Shown: positions 28,755 to 40,436 of the stretch, piece after piece | Layout: the number at the start of each line of letters is the position of its first letter | Position numbering within the stretch: position 1 is the stretch's first letter | Assembly: GCA_964016885.1 (NCBI GenBank) | Contig: OZ024745.1 | Location: 14,198,001-14,262,000, forward strand | Direction of reading: 5' to 3' | From: Eledone cirrhosa | Lineage: Eukaryota | DNA length: 64,000 nt | The notes under the pieces: generated by a model | Database searches by the model: none | Told to the model about the DNA's origin: nothing | What the model saw: only the letters and a program-made list of their open reading frames with translations | Program-made: the position numbers and the translations under genes

Positions 28755-28907
28755 TTAAACCATATTTAATGCTGGTCTATATTTTTGAATAAACATATTT
28801 TCCTTATTTATTCGTATTTGTTCTGTTGTATTGTCAGCGCAAAGGTAAAATGGGAAGACTTGGAATTTGGGTGTCTTATTACTTGCGCATATGTCTAGAT
28901 GTGCGCT
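28755..28907 (-). pseudogene. C-terminal 50 codons of a PLE GIY-YIG endonuclease (not in the ORF track)
   Basis: Hand translation SAHLDICASNKTPKFQVFPFYLCADNTTEQIRINKENMFIQKYRPALNMV* matches the PLE pattern H..., R-x2-KE-x2-FI-x4-P-x-LN. Confidence 0.8.
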
Positions 28908-28943
<36 letters not shown>

Positions 28944-28948
28944 ATAAG

Positions 28949-29041
28949 AGTGGTAACACAACAGTTAGTTCACCATACCGAAGATCTGCTAAGGTGAAAC
29001 AATTGTTCTCGGTATGGTGAACTAACTGTTGTGTTACCACT
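28949..29041. repeat. Perfect 33-bp inverted repeat with 27-nt spacer
   Basis: AGTGGTAACACAACAGTTAGTTCACCATACCGA and its exact reverse complement at 29009-29041. Confidence 0.95.
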
Positions 29042-29106
29042 TCTAACTAACTCGTCCCATGGACTGAGTGCTCTACCACTACGGATATTACCTTCCAGTG
29101 TTCTAC

Positions 29107-29180
<74 letters not shown>

Positions 29181-29181
<1 letters not shown>

Positions 29182-30090
29182 CACGCGCTCACACTAAACA
29201 TCCACCCTACTACCACCACTAACCCTCACCCCCACACATCCACACCACCACCCCGCAACTAACATCACTAACACCCCCGACCCCACGCACACGAACACAC
29301 ACACCCACTTACACCACCCACTCTACACACCCTACCACCACTGACCCCCCACTCACACCAGCATTCAACCCTTTCCCCACCACCAGTATACTAACACCCA
29401 CTAACACCCCACACACACACTCATCCAAACACGCACACACACACCAGTACACTACACTACCCCCACCGGCTCCCACACTCTTCTCTCCCTGCTCCACCAC
29501 ACCCTTTCTCACACACACACACATCCCACTAACACCTCTATTAATACACCCCTCCTCCTCACTCCAATTTTCACACCTACCCATCCTCTCCCCTGTCCAC
29601 CGCACCTACGCACACACGCGCACACACACCGACCTACACCCCACCCCACACACACCTCTTTCTGAACATGCAACCCCGTTCTTCCCCCAACTCTTACTTT
29701 CACATACACACACACACACACACGTACACCTACACACACACACACCACCTTCAGCCCTCCCCGCTCGGACACCCCGCCTCCCTCTCCCCACTTCACCCGC
29801 CACCACCCTTACACGTCCCACATCATTTCACCACCTGTTTTACTTTATTTTTATTTTTATTATGCTTTTATATTTAATTTCATTTGTACCGTTTCCTCTC
29901 ACCCCCTTTTTTCTATATGTCTCTCCACCACTCCCCTACACACCCTTGGAACTCTCTTACCACACACTTTTCACCTGAAGAAGGGGTTATGCCCGAAATG
30001 TCGTTCCCCACCACCACCCCACTCTCAAGAGCGTGAAACTAATAAACCTTTGTTCGTACTGCCTCTCTGTTTTGTTCCCGTTCAATTTTT

Positions 30091-30092
<2 letters not shown>
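29181..30092 (+). mobile_element. PLE-like 3' end: C/A-rich UTR, HHR motif at 29972-30004, AATAAA, then (TA)n
   Basis: CAC CTGAAGA A GGG gttatg CCC GAAA TGTC GT followed by AAACTAATAAAC; TA tracts at both ends. Confidence 0.65.
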
Positions 30093-30140
<48 letters not shown>

Positions 30141-30143
<3 letters not shown>

Positions 30144-31195
30144 AAAGAACAGAAGAGCATCTACAACATCAAAAGATTTTTATTGGCTTACAATGTTTCT
30201 TCCTTACGTAACCGTAGGATTCGTCAGAGCTATAAAAGGGGTTTGATTGGTGTTATGGACTCTACCAACCAAACACTCAAGAACAAAGAGTAAAGAGAGT
30301 AAAGGGCAAAAGTAGGGGACGATAAGTCTAATTTTGGTGCGGGAGGGTGGGGTGTGGGTCCTTGTTTACTAGCTGCGGTCATATTCATTCCCGGGAGTCG
30401 AGTGGTTAGCTGAACCATAGATGGGGTGGCGTCGATAGTATGGTGCAGAGGGTGCGCAGAGGCTACACACACACAAAGGGCGTACAATATATATATATAT
30501 ATAGCGGAGGAGAAAGTACATGAGGTAATTAGAAATGGAAAAAGAGTAATAATAATAATCTATAATTAATAATGTATAATAAGGCATGGGGAAGATTACA
30601 CTATAATAAGGTATAAAAGTAAGAATAAGGTAAGATATAAAGGAGGATAAAAGTGGAAATAATAAAGATAAAAAATATATATGTAAAAAAAATATATAGA
30701 GAATATATAAAGAAATATAAGCGAGTATTTGGAGGGGAAAACGCAATGTAAAAAAACCGATTTTTTCAAATAAAAATAAAAATATAATTATGGGGGGAGA
30801 AAACGGGATAGAGAAGTATGATCAAATGTGATTAGTTGAGAGAATATAAGATGATAATAGTTATGTCAAGTTTATACATCTTAATAATAAATAATCTGTG
30901 TATCAGAGTTACAGAACCTTCAATTCACTTACAGGTTCAAGCCACGTGGCACAGTCCATTGTTTATCTGTGCGGTCATGCGCATTTGTTTTTGACACCAC
31001 AGCAGATGCACAAGTTCGTAAATTCCAATGCAGATAGAAATCTATTTTTGCTCACCCGGACATTGACGGAGGATCCAATATTCCTAGTTCAATATGTGTG
31101 TGGTGTTATTTTGGTCGCACAAATCAATCACTTGGTTCAATATTATGGAGTATGGTTTTCTGGTCTTCGTAACAGTGTCAGTGGTTGTATATAAA
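30141..31195 (-). mobile_element. PLE-like 3' end with HHR at 30186-30230
   Basis: HHR followed by AATAAA and (TA)n; weak C-terminal signature WTVPRGLNL* on the minus strand near 30929-30958. Confidence 0.5.
30186..30230 (-). ncRNA. Minimal type I hammerhead motif, canonical core
   Basis: Minus strand reads GCT CTGACGA A TCCTACG gtta CGTaAGGA A GAAA CATTG TA AGC, then CAATAAA. Confidence 0.75.
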
Positions 31196-31219
31196 AACAT
31201 ATGTATATATATATATATG

Positions 31220-31274
<55 letters not shown>

Positions 31275-31277
<3 letters not shown>

Positions 31278-32179
31278 AGAGTATTGAAGTTTGCTTGAAG
31301 CATTGTGGAACAATAAGTAAATATCTTTAAGTCGTTTGGAAGCCTCGACAATGCAAATGGGTAAATCTCCGGGTAACAAGGTCCGGTGGTGGAGAGAGAG
31401 ATGTAAGTGGGTGTACGTTGAGATGCGTGGTGTGTATAAGATGTGTGAGATGTGTAGAATGAAGGGAAGAGTATAAGGATAAAAATAAAAATAACAACAC
31501 AAGAGAGATTTAATAGTCCCTATATATTTCGGATTCACATCCATCAACTGGGGTTTTTTTCCGGGGTGGGGGAAAAGGTTGTCTGTCGGACAAGTCCGGA
31601 ACGCGTCTTTCGCTGTTTGTTGATTTGAATATCTGAGGTATTCGGCAGAGTGCGCGTGAAATGGGGTCGGTCGTACAGAGGTCAGCGGCCGAATGAGGGA
31701 GTGGGATGGCGCTAGCTGTCAGTCCATTCTCTGCCTGTTTGTTAAATGTTACTGTGTGTGTGTGTGTGCGTGTGTTGTTGTCTCGCTTGAGTGTGTGTGT
31801 GTGTGTGTGTGTTGTTGCCTTGTTCATCTGTATTGGCAGTGTAGTATGTTCGTATAGTGGAATGCTACTGTGTGTGTGTGCGTTCCGGACTTGTCCGACA
31901 GACAACCTTTTCCCCCACCCCGGAAAAAACCCCCAGTTGATGGATGTGAATCCGAAATATATAGGGACTATTAAATCTCTCCCAAGGTAACTCTCTCTTG
32001 TGTTGTTATTTTTATTTTTATCCTTATACTCTTCCCTTCATTCTACACATCTCACACATCTTATACACACCACGCATCTCAACGTACACCCACTTACATC
32101 TCTCTCTCCACCACCGGACCTTGTTACCCGGAGATTTACCCATTTGCATTGTCGAGGCTTCCAAACGACTTAAAGATAT
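31275..32179. mobile_element. Inverted pair of pseudo-LTR-like ends (arms 31321-31604 and 31880-32179), each with a degenerate HHR
   Basis: About 285-bp near-identical arms (right arm has an extra ~18 nt). Motif CCC CAGTTGA T GGAT gtga ATCC GAAA TATA TA GGG at 31931-31966(+) and 31518-31553(-); (TA)n outside both ends. Confidence 0.8.
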
Positions 32180-32212
32180 ATATATATATGTATGTATGTA
32201 TATATATATATA

Positions 32213-33210
32213 GTTAGAAAAGCAAAAAATTGCTTATTGTTATCCAGTTTTTGGTTAAGAAAGCCAGTTTCATGGATGGTTTCAACGTACGGTTAGGGGT
32301 AACTCCACGAGTTTGTAAGAATTCCGTTCAATCTTGGAGTATAAACTATAAAAGAGAAAACACACGTGAGCATTAAGAAAAGGATTTTATCCAGGTATTT
32401 ACGACCGTTTCATTGGTAAGTGCAACCTTATATTGCTATACTGCAAATAGCAGCCACTCAATTATAATTGTTGTTCACAGTCCAAATTTTTCAAAATAGT
32501 AAGTTACTCTTGAAATAATTTTTAATATATAGAGAAAAACATTTATTTGGAATTGTATTTACTAGTATATAGAGAGAGGAATCAGAAGGTGAGGGGGACA
32601 GACGGAATAGTATAGAGAGAGAGGAAGGGGGTAGAGGTAGGAAGTAGAGTGACAAACTGAGATGGAGGGAGGGGTAGAGGTGGAAGGATTCCTTGGTCAG
32701 TTTTGATAGCAGACTTCATGTCGTGGAATGTAGTGAGTTAAAGAGAATTAAATTGATCATAGTGGGAGGGATGGATAAAGAGGGAGAGAGAGAGAGGGGG
32801 GGGGGAGATATAAAGAGATAAATATATATATATAAAAAATAAACATAAAGATAATAATGACAAAAATAAAAGCAAAGAAGGGGGTGAGAAAGAAGAAAAG
32901 AAAAGATAGCCAAGAAGGGGAGGGAAGAAAGGAAGAAAACGAAGAAATAGAAGAGGAATGAGGGAGAAGAGGGGGATATATGTATTGGTTTTGTGGGTAA
33001 TTAAAGGGTTTAGATACAACAAGAAGGTATAAAGTCTAAGTATATGCAGTTTGTCAGTTGGTAGTAAGGGGTTAAGGGTTCGATTTGTAGTGCGAAAACT
33101 TCTCTTTGAGTCTATGGTTACAATAAATTGATCTCTCGATTTTATTGTTGAGTAACTTATTCTTCGAACAGCTCAAGGTCGCATAATCGATTATGTGTTT
33201 CTCTTTTATA

Positions 33211-33212
<2 letters not shown>
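32213..33212 (-). mobile_element. 5'-truncated PLE remnant with Cys/His C-terminal motif and U3-A8 HHR, between (TA)n tracts
   Basis: Minus strand gives RLCDLE then, after a frameshift, [18 protein letters not shown]. This resembles the CxLCxxE...LLNxRxE...CxH tail that I associate with Naiad-type PLE endonucleases. Pyrimidine-rich UTR follows. Confidence 0.6.
32396..32498 (-). ncRNA. Type I hammerhead motif with U3-A8 core and long stem II insert
   Basis: Minus strand reads TATT TTGAAAA ATTTGG [~65 nt] CCAAT GAAA CGGTCG TA AATA. Confidence 0.65.
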
Positions 33213-33287
<75 letters not shown>

Positions 33288-34426
33288 CATATATATATAC
33301 ACACATATATATATGCATATCTCCTAATATGCAATCTCGATCTGTCAATAACTTAGTGATAAAATCAGAGAATGAAAAGCTTGCTAAGAGACTCAGTTTT
33401 AGATTGCAGAAATCTGCACAGGAAATATTAAAACTTGCCCTAAATATGGATAGAAAATTATGTATAAATTTAGATTTTATCATTAGAGAGACATTAGAAT
33501 GAGACAATTAATTGCAAAAAAAACAACAAATACAAAAACAAAAACAAAACCAAAAAATAAAAAGATAGAAACAAACCAAAACCTAAAGCAACAACAACAC
33601 TTCACACGTTTCGAGGATTCCTGATTTAAATTATCTTTCAATCAGCCATTAATCAGCATCTTCAATTAATGGAATTAATTATTCTTGCAGTTCTTTATCG
33701 ATCAGTTATGGAGGGAAATAGTTAAATCACTTTGGTGACTCAAATCAATAACCAATAACTTTGTGTTTGTTTGAAACGAGTATATCTGGCTGAAATCAAA
33801 TAAGATTTCATTTATGCGATAAACTCGGATAAATATTTGAGCCTCAGGAAATGTAAGAAGGCAAATATTTCTCCCCTTTTTCTCTTATCAAGATAACAAT
33901 TAATATGAAGCTTTACTTTTATTTTCTCCTAAATAATATTTAGAGCACGAAATAAATAATAATTGAATTAAATAAAAGTAATGATTAGTTTATTTGGTTT
34001 GCAAGGATTTTCATATGAAATCGTGTGTTGAAACAGATATTGTTATATTTGGGGAGTGTCATGTCCAAATATTGCAAAAAAAAAAAAAAAAGGTAAAAAA
34101 CACTCAATGTTTGGTTTGGTTTGGTTTTCGCTTCAGTTTTAGTATTTTCTTTTTATATTTCCATAAATAATTTAGTTGGCAATCAATGTTTATCATTGAT
34201 TGACCAACAGTTGAAAATATGAAAATAAATATAATTTCTTAAAGTCCTTTCGTACACATTTCTGTGACATCTTCAGAAATGTGTGACTTTGAGAAATTAT
34301 ATTTATCTATATATTTTAAACTCGATATGATTCACTAAATACTCTCAAGGTGATGCACCAGCATACACACACTCAATTGACTGAAACCAGCAAGACAATA
34401 ATACAATAACAGAATTGGATTTAGAA

Positions 34427-34518
<92 letters not shown>

Positions 34519-34982
34519 GTATATATATATATTACTCTTTTACTCCTTTACCTGTTCCAGCCATCTGGCTGAGGCCATGCTAGGGCACCGGTTTGTTGCT
34601 TCACATTTTATATCCAGACTGCGTTGGATGGCCATTGATGTAGGAGGGAGTTCGTTGTTGCTGCCCTTATGTTACCTTCATTCCGTTTTGTGGGTTCATC
34701 TAGGATCCTTGATAGCAGAGTGTCAACATGTTTCTTGACAACATCCACGTACACACCATTGCAGATCTCTCAAGTTTCTTGGCAGCTTATTACAGAGTTG
34801 ATATTATTTATGTAGCAGTTGTTGTTATTGATTTTGTACTGCAATAAATCTTTGAATATTATATTCATGTACATTGACAGCTGAGTAAATTGAATGGGGT
34901 TGAATTATGTCATGCTAGTGTCTCTAACAGAAACATAGCAAACATGTCCCCACCACCAATCGCTACCAACTTAAAACGTTAT

Positions 34983-35033
34983 GTGAGATATTCGGCAGTT
35001 ATAATTTTGGCTTCCAGTCTATTTTCACTTGGT

Positions 35034-35112
<79 letters not shown>

Positions 35113-35250
35113 ATATATATATATATATGTATATGGTTTACCAAGTGAAAATAGACTGGAACCTGCTGTTGAAATGGCAAGTGCTCAGCCGTCGGGACCC
35201 GACTCTTTATTATATAACCAACTCTACTATCTCAAGTACTCTTTTGGGTA
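34983..35250 (+). mobile_element. Degenerate copy of the 18.5-kb HHR element family
   Basis: TTCGGCAG...CTGCTGTT GAAA TGGC aagtgctca GCCGTC GGGACCC, followed by ACCAACTCTACTATCTCAAGTACT, similar to the family tail. Confidence 0.55.
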
Positions 35251-35505
35251 ATAGTCTAACCAGTTTCAAACCAAATCTATCCGGATATATATATATATAT
35301 ATATATATAGGTTTCCACGATTTATGGGGTACAAATAACGTTGTTAGAACTCAATGTGGCCTTGAAAAGATGGTTTCAGCGAGATTAGGCGGTGAGTGCT
35401 ATAGTTTTTGTGGTACCTACTCATAGCGTAAGAATTCCTAGAAGATTCTGTTATAGCTACAGAGTCATATATATATATATACACACACACATATATATAT
35501 ATATA

Positions 35506-35811
35506 CTAGACCACCTGTGACCCGTTGGGTCACGTTCGCTTAAAGATAATTTAAAAAATCATGTTCACTTAGAAATAGTTTTTAAATAATTAAAATATGC
35601 ACAGACATGTCTCTCCTCCAATCTACTCTCTCACAACCACTATCTCTTTCTCTCTATCTTTTTCTCTCTCTATTTATGAAAGTACTCGGGTAAACTCCGT
35701 ATCCCATTTCAGGGGTAATTTCCTTTCAAAGTATTTTCCCATTATGCGCCGTTTTGGCTGTATTAAATTACAGACAAGCACACAATCACAGAATTTTAGT
35801 ATACATATAGA
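35506..35811 (-). mobile_element. Non-autonomous Helitron
   Basis: Minus strand starts TCTATATGTATACTAAAATTCTG and ends with hairpin GTGACCC aac GGGTCAC followed by CTAG. Confidence 0.75.
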
Positions 35812-36099
35812 AGTTAAGGGTGAAAGCAGCGATTCTTTGCTTAAACCTTAATCTTCTCTCATAATATATATATATATATACATATGTATAGACACACACA
35901 CACACGTGCACCCCCCCCCCATATATATATATATTTGAGTATGTGTTGGTTAGTTACCGACACTTCAGTATGCAGGATAGACCACTCAGTGAAGTGCGCA
36001 GGTCTGTTTACTCTGGAGTAATTTAAAAGCAAGAAGTTTAAAATTAACTTCGTTTATTCATATTCGAAGTTAATTTTAACCTGTTGACTTACACTTCTT

Positions 36100-36156
<57 letters not shown>

Positions 36157-36158
<2 letters not shown>

Positions 36159-36202
36159 AAAAGAGTCAGGACCCGACGGCTGAGCTCCGGCCGTTTCGAC
36201 AA
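36157..36202 (-). mobile_element. 3' half of the 18.5-kb-family HHR abutting (TA)n
   Basis: Minus strand reads GTC GAAACGGC cggagctca GCCGTC GGGTCCTGACTCTTTTCC(TA)n. Confidence 0.65.
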
Positions 36203-36204
36203 CT

Positions 36205-36394
36205 AGGGTAGTGGATTGGCAGTATCGGTAGAGGGTCGGACGCCATACATTGCAGCAAAGAGTTACGGTCCTTTATGGTCTGAGTTCAAATCCCGACGAG
36301 GTTAACTTTGCCTTTCATCCTTACAGGGTCGATAAAATAAATCACCACTAATACACTGGGATAATTGCTAGCCTTATGCCAAAAGTAGAAACAA

Positions 36395-36397
<3 letters not shown>
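36205..36397 (+). mobile_element. tRNA-derived SINE, family A
   Basis: B-box GAGTTCAAATCCC, core ACTTTGCCTTTCATCC..GGGTCGATAAAATAAA; close to the 61395 copy. Confidence 0.8.
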
Positions 36398-36462
<65 letters not shown>

Positions 36463-36531
36463 TCGTATATATACATATATATGTATATATATATATGTGT
36501 GTGTGTGTGTGAGTGTGTGTGTGTCTGTGTA

Positions 36532-36572
<41 letters not shown>

Positions 36573-36802
36573 TGAACAACGAAAATAGAGTAAAAGTCGG
36601 AGATGTTAATTAGATCATTGTTTTACGATCGTTTCAAAGAGTTGCTACTTATTTCGAATCTCGAAATCCCTGATCTATCACAACGTCTACCTAGAAATAG
36701 GTACCGACATAACCATTACCTCATACACATATATATATTTCACTGGTAGTTGGTGTTCTTTAATAATTCAAATCTTTACAGTAAGTTATCATTAGAACCA
36801 GA

Positions 36803-37042
36803 AGTTGCTGAGTATTTCACAGACACGTGTATTTTAAACGTAGTTCTCAAGGAGATTCAGCGTGATATGGTGTGCGATAAGTCTGGCTCTTTGAAATACT
36901 TTTACAACTTTAGCTAGCTGAGTCGATTAGAGCACCGTGAAATAAAGTGTCTTGTTCAAGGGTACAATGATCCAACGTAAATGGAACTGACGCCCTCACG
37001 ATCGCGAACTGAATACCCTAACTATTAAGCCAGACTCTTTCA
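36803..37042 (-). mobile_element. tRNA-derived SINE, family B
   Basis: Tandem neighbour of the 37060 copy with the same core. Confidence 0.75.
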
Positions 37043-37059
37043 CTATATATCTAACTAAC

Positions 37060-37375
37060 TGGCGCTCAATCGGTTACGACGACGAGTATTCCAGTTGATC
37101 CGATCAACGGAATAGCCTGCTCGTGAAATTAACGTGCAAGTAGCTGAGCATTCCATAGGCATGCATAACCCTTAACGTAGTTTTTAGGGAGATTCAGCGT
37201 AACACAGAATGTGACAAGGCTGGATCTGTGAATTACGGGCACAACTCATTTTTGCCAGCTGAGTGGACTAGGGCAACATTAAATAGAATGTCTTGCTCAA
37301 GGACATAACGCGCCGCCGGGAATTGAACTCACGATTGTGAGCCGAAAACCCTAACCACAAAGCCAAGCTCCTTCA
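37060..37375 (-). mobile_element. tRNA-derived SINE, family B, near full length
   Basis: Minus-strand A-box-like TGGCTTTGTGGTTAGG and B-box GAGTTCAATTCC, followed by the family core. Confidence 0.8.
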
Positions 37376-37508
37376 CATTCATATATATATACACACCGAT
37401 ACATACGCCCTGACAATGCACATACACCGACACACACAAGCACACACACTGGGACATATATATATACACTAACACTCACACACACACACATATATATACA
37501 CACATACA

Positions 37509-37589
<81 letters not shown>

Positions 37590-37971
37590 ATATATATATA
37601 TATATACATACAGATACATTCACAGAATCTATAGTTTTCTCCCACATAATGTTAGCTGTATGATGTCGTGCTTTGAAATCCCCTGAATACATATCATTTG
37701 GTAAATGTCAATGTTATTCAGTTTGAGAAGATCAAATGAATCTAGAGTAGACCCTCACATGCATAAAAGCTTGAACATAGTCTTATTCAACTGAACTCTT
37801 TTTATATCGATCGTAAAATAACATTTTATCTTTTGATAACAAAGTAAATAAAATGTTGATAAAGCCAACAACGAAGTGTACCATCCCATCTGTGGTTTGT
37901 TTGAAAAATTGTAAATAAAGAGAAAGCATCATACATACATTAAATTTAATTCTACCAGAGAAACGACTATT

Positions 37972-38048
<77 letters not shown>

Positions 38049-38461
38049 CTTATATATATATATATATATATACTTATATATATATATACACATACTTATA
38101 TATATATTCACATACTTATATACATATATACACACATCATAGACTGTCGACTTTTCATAGACAGTTGACCCTTCATAAAACGACCTGTCGACTACACAAT
38201 GAAATGTGATTGTTATAAATCTCACCAATGTATTTTGACTTTTATTTACCACAGTAATATATATTAAGAATTGCGTTGAAAATTAATTAAGTTATGCAGT
38301 ATTAAATAATCTTTACACGGATTATCAAATCAACTATCCTTTAATTATTTACATCGTATGAATTAATGGCAAAGAGGCAATTTAAAATTCCACGTTCACA
38401 GATCTATTTTGAATGAAGGAATGGTTCATATGGAAATTTAGGAATATTCTTTCATATAGTT

Positions 38462-38686
38462 TCTGATTTAGGCACAAGGTCAACAATTTAGGGGAAGAAG
38501 AACGGTGGTTAAATTGACCTTAGAGCGTTTCTGGTACTTTATTTTGTCAATCCTGTAAGGAAGAAAGACAAAAGTAACCCTAACCCTAACCTCGCTGGAA
38601 TGTGAAATCAGGACATAAATAGCCCTAACTCCATGCCACGAAGTATGGTGTCCGACGCTCTACCGAAACTGCCAATCTTTCGCCTT
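38462..38686 (-). mobile_element. tRNA-derived SINE, family A
   Basis: Reverse complement of the family A core (CTGGTACTTTATTTTGTC...CTGCCAAT). Confidence 0.7.
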
Positions 38687-40436
38687 AAATATTCTCAGAA
38701 TCATCCTGATACTCGTCTAGTAGTTTTTCTTGAGAAGAGATTTATTTCCCTCCCCCTCTATTTTATATTACTATCAGCTCGCCAACAAAGGTTTATGTAT
38801 TATAAAAGATAAAAGCAAGAAAATATTTAACCAGAAGGTAAGGAAAATATCAACAATATAATGTTAACGAATGATTTCACATTACGAAGATGAGGGTCTG
38901 CACATTTCATACAGTAAAACATAATTTGCTGAGATATTGGGATGTAGTAATTCTTTTTATAGCTCAGTCGGGAAGTAGAGCAATTCTTATGATCCATACA
39001 AGCCCCTTGAAGCAAATGAGATTAATTCAGTTTATGAACATACGTAATAAGTCTTAGGAGCTACTTGAGAGAAGAAGCTAGTAATGATGTAATAGATTGG
39101 ATTGTGTTAGTGAGTCTTTTCCAAGAAAAATAGATCAAATCTGAGAAAATGACTTTACAAGATAAACATTAAAGTAAATCACTGAAGTAGGACAAGGAGT
39201 ATAAATGGTTGGATAATTCGCAGGTCTTCTAGATGAAGCAAAAGCGAATGAAGGTAAAGTTGGAAGAAATATAATAAGAAGGCGAGAAAGATCTTAGAAA
39301 CAAAACTAAAATGGAAGGAACACTATTAAAGAAATCATTTAAAATATTGCTCCAGGAATGTTTGACTCGGAGGTCATTTAAAATATTGAAATCGTCTAGA
39401 GACCTTCTTCGATAGATGAACAAGGAATTGAACAAAATAGTTAGACACACCAGAAAACCGTTAACAATAAAATGTGGGTTACATGCATGTAGCAGTGTTA
39501 GTAGGCTGCAGATAGCAAGAAACAGATGGATGCAGAAAACGGCTACTAAATGTTACAGACACAGTACAATTTTTATAACTTACATAGGAAGAAGGACTAT
39601 GCCAGCGACCTTCTTTTAGATTTTAGTAAGAAATATTCTTACTAAAATTACAAACATCATTGAAAGTTACAGCATTAGGGTTCTGGTGTCATTAATTGGG
39701 GTCGTGTACTTGTTGCTTACTTAGATCTCTCAAAACCATTTAATAGGTTCATTCACATTGATGAAAAGAAGATACAATAAATATCTGGTATATTTGACAG
39801 TTTCCTTGCCTAACTGGTAACATAAACTTAGTCGAAAGATTGTAAAACCCCATCACTAAACATTTCACAGTTAAAAAAAAATCTAGTTTTGAAACATTAA
39901 ATTAGCTTTCGCTAGAAACAGAGGACTTGATGTTCGTGCATAACATGTTACAAATCAAGTGTCAACCTTTCTTTATATGACTATTCTTCTTTATTAAATA
40001 ACACATTCCTACATCATGTTTACAAACACAGATTGGTATATCCGCTCACATACAAATCCTTGTTTTTATTTCTTTATGGAACTCATTACCTCTAGTTGAT
40101 AACACTGTTCTGACAATAACAGTTCTCATCCAATCCATTAAAAATATTATCAATACATCTAAATCATATTTGTTGTAAAAATGAATATATTAAAGTATTT
40201 TATTAACTTAGAAAAATTTGCAACTATCCTGCTAATAATAGAGATTTATTATTTAAATATTTGTGTTTATTTATACATTATTCTTATATTAATTTTCTGG
40301 GTTTGAATGTGACTTTATAACTTCATACATATTTTGTTATTTATTACTAAATCTTTAATCTTTTTCGAGTCGCTGTTTAACAATTTTTATATTTTTAAAG
40401 TATAATTGGAATTTTTGAATTTGAATTCGTTTATCT

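Larger units (their letters stand above)
27448..28907 (-). mobile_element. 5'-truncated Penelope-like retroelement: endonuclease C-terminus, long 3' UTR, HHR and AATAAA, between (TA)n tracts
   Basis: Coding remnant at 28755-28907, HHR at 27514-27548, internal direct duplications (about 27677-27915 vs 28003-28215, and 28576-28639 vs 28780-28843). Confidence 0.8.

Noticed and set aside
33600-33670. Minus-strand TTGAAGA...GAAACGTG as a hammerhead
   Set aside because: Stem I does not pair and the cleavage triplet is wrong; at most a decayed remnant.
34254-34284. Minus-strand CTGAAGA...GAAA as a hammerhead
   Set aside because: By-product of a simple 11-bp hairpin; no stem I.
35357-35400. GGCC TTGAAAAG as a fourth U3-A8 core
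   Set aside because: No downstream GAAA or matching stem I strand found.
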